Part shown: piece after piece, positions 62,901 to 64,000 of the stretch
How the letters are laid out: the number at the start of each line of letters is the position of its first letter
Position numbering within the stretch: the first letter of the stretch is position 1
Origin: Phoronis australis
Lineage: Eukaryota > Animalia > Phoronida
Direction: 5' to 3'
Length of the DNA: 64,000 nt
NCBI GenBank assembly: GCA_002633005.1
Contig: NMRA01000571.1
Span: 143,299-207,298 of the forward strand
Position numbers and translations under genes: made by a program
The notes under the pieces: generated by a model
Seen by the model: the letters and a program-made list of their open reading frames with translations, nothing else
The model's database searches: none
What the model was told of the DNA's origin: nothing

Positions 62901-63834
62901 CAAGAAGTCAATGTCAGAGGCTGTAATAGAAACCTCTTCCATCTCTTCGCCTGAAAAAAAATTAAGGTATATTTTGCGAACTATTCTGAAAAAAATTTTA
63001 AAGTTTGGCTGAATTTGGGAACATCCTATATCAGAAACGGCAGGACAGATTCAAGACGTCACCTACGAATCCTATACTTAATGTAGCACACTTTTCCAAA
63101 AAGATGTTTGGAATTGTTTTTAAAATGCACTTTTTGCATCAAGTTAGTTATCTTTAAAAACTATAAAATCGGACTGGATCTTTTTCTGATGGGAAAAATG
63201 CCACAACATGCGTACCTTGTATCGTATGAGCAGCCTCTGACCCTTCGAGGCTATATTCCTCCATTGGAACATCTCCTATCTCGTTATCTGAAAAAAATTT
63301 TTATTTCTTTTCAAAAAATAATGCAGATGGACACCACGTCAAGAGTGATTATGGTGAATAGCACCGATTTCAGCGAAAATAATTGCTGAAACTGCAATTT
63401 TTCATTCATTTTTCTATGGCTTCTTACATTGAATTTGGCAGACGACAGCTAAGGAGTTGAACTTGAAAATAGAAAACCATTAATTTTGGTGCTACATATC
63501 TTTCATGGAGAAAAAAATGAGAAAAGAAAATATCACTTGTCTCTTATCCACCATTAAATACAGTAACTTTGATGATGGTCTATGCTTGCACTCGGCTTTT
63601 AAGATGGAGAATTTCATTGATGCTCAGTGGTCATAACAAAGAAGTCCGGTACATTCCAACATGAGCAAGGAATAAGTCGAGACAGGTTTTACACGTTCAG
63701 CTAAGTTGTTTGTTCACACCAATGTAACTGTTCATCTTCAGACCTAATTACTCACAAGCGACAGTGCAGACAGAGCAAGGTGAGCCACAGTCATCCACAC
63801 AAGTAGCGACATCTCCATGTGTAACACCATCAAT
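52793..63834 (-). CDS. Multi-exon gene encoding an Academ(H/HP)-transposase-like (DUF6589-like) protein with inserted PHD finger; 5' end beyond the right edge
   Basis: Phase-consistent GT-AG exons 63834-63756, 62950-62885, 61673-61605, 59544-59476, 57305-57053, 55820-55694, 54908-54657, 53953-52793 (692 codons including stop). Motifs QAYAARNRVP, HVEHEH.SESKEKSVIIPL, GDGLSCER, RLEGL, DAIREADGPR...WK, QLIWNRTIN..G..GNNMEMD..LE. Confidence 0.75.
54657..54908 (-). CDS. Exon of the Academ-transposase-like gene (IPLTPLNT...GDGLSCER...RLEGL..HKRRVLLA)
   Basis: tttag acceptor, gtaagt donor, 84 codons. Confidence 0.85.
55694..55820 (-). CDS. Exon of the Academ-transposase-like gene (NGYRVIVQRLLKKNLP...HVEHEHFSESKEKSVI)
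   Basis: tttcag acceptor, gtaagt donor, phase 2 to 0; not in the ORF track on this strand. Confidence 0.8.
56755..56958. mobile_element. Palindromic MITE (~200 bp) in an intron
   Basis: CAATACACCTTATTCA...GCAGTCGCCAT...TGAGCCTCTTTTTAGGTTT mirrored by its reverse complement ending TGAATAAGGTGTATTG. Confidence 0.8.
57053..57305 (-). CDS. Exon of the Academ-transposase-like gene (HLEKTFHKQ...QAYAARNRVP...DYLCLR)
   Basis: ccag acceptor, gtagat donor, phase 1 to 2. Confidence 0.78.
59476..59544 (-). CDS. Putative 69-nt symmetric (phase 1-1) exon (SGTLSTNPRTASGVSPLDTALL)
   Basis: Poly-T-ag acceptor, gtcagt donor, open frame. Confidence 0.55.
60440..61054. repeat. 307-bp tandem duplicate separated by N (60747); probable assembly overlap
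   Basis: 60440-60746 and 60748-61054 differ at only 2 positions that I noticed. Confidence 0.85.
61605..61673 (-). CDS. Putative 69-nt phase 1-1 exon (EETGDVSMTASDIDPLVEPSAI)
   Basis: ttccag acceptor, gtatgc donor; paralogous to 62885-62950. Confidence 0.6.
61958..62353. mobile_element. MITE with ~80-bp imperfect TIRs
   Basis: TAATCTTTTTACTCGAAATGGAACTCAAAATTATGTTTGGCA mirrored by TGCCAAAATAATTTCGAGTTCATTTCGAGTACAAAGATTA. Confidence 0.65.
62885..62950 (-). CDS. Putative 66-nt phase 1-1 exon (EEMEEVSITASDIDFLAESMT)
   Basis: Poly-T-cag acceptor, gtatga donor. Confidence 0.6.
63756..63834 (-). CDS. Putative exon (IDGVTHGDVATCVDDCGSPCSVCTVA)
   Basis: ctacag acceptor, gtgagt donor, phase 0 to 1 fits the next exon. 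Confidence 0.5.
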
Positions 63835-64000
63835 CTGTAGAGTGGCGCCCTCTAAAGAATAACATACTAAGGTCAGATGGCTATAGACCGGGTTTTGACT
63901 TTATAAACAATACGTTGTTTGTCACGGCAGGTTAGTATCAATTGCCATGACAGTACAGCAATCAGGCCAGAACAAACGACATATTCAGCCAATTTGTATT

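Overview
AT-rich, intron-containing animal (probably marine invertebrate) genomic DNA. It has no prokaryotic operon or CRISPR structure. Left third (to ~23 kb): 5' part of a minus-strand, multi-exon CCDC162/C6orf183 (DUF4549)-like gene, with 13 phase-consistent coding exons (586 codons) running off the left edge. Middle (26-51 kb): a cluster of three intronless-CDS TRIM genes (RING, B-box1, B-box2, coiled coil, NHL-like beta-propeller). One is intact and two are frameshifted. They are interleaved with DNA transposon remnants: a TTAA-flanked, internally deleted Kolobok element (THAP-transposase plus convergent KolX/P2X7-ballast-like ORF) nested in a Harbinger-type MITE, an Academ (XPG nuclease plus Cys8) end, a second THAP/Kolobok end, a 581-bp TTAA-flanked element, an L1/Tx1-like RT relic, tRNA-derived SINEs and many MITEs. 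Right end (52.8-64 kb): a minus-strand gene of at least 8 exons encoding an Academ(H/HP)-transposase-like (DUF6589-like) protein with an inserted PHD finger, altered core motifs and duplicated micro-exons. This is the best candidate for something new: a domesticated transposase. All family assignments come from motifs recognised by eye, not from database searches.
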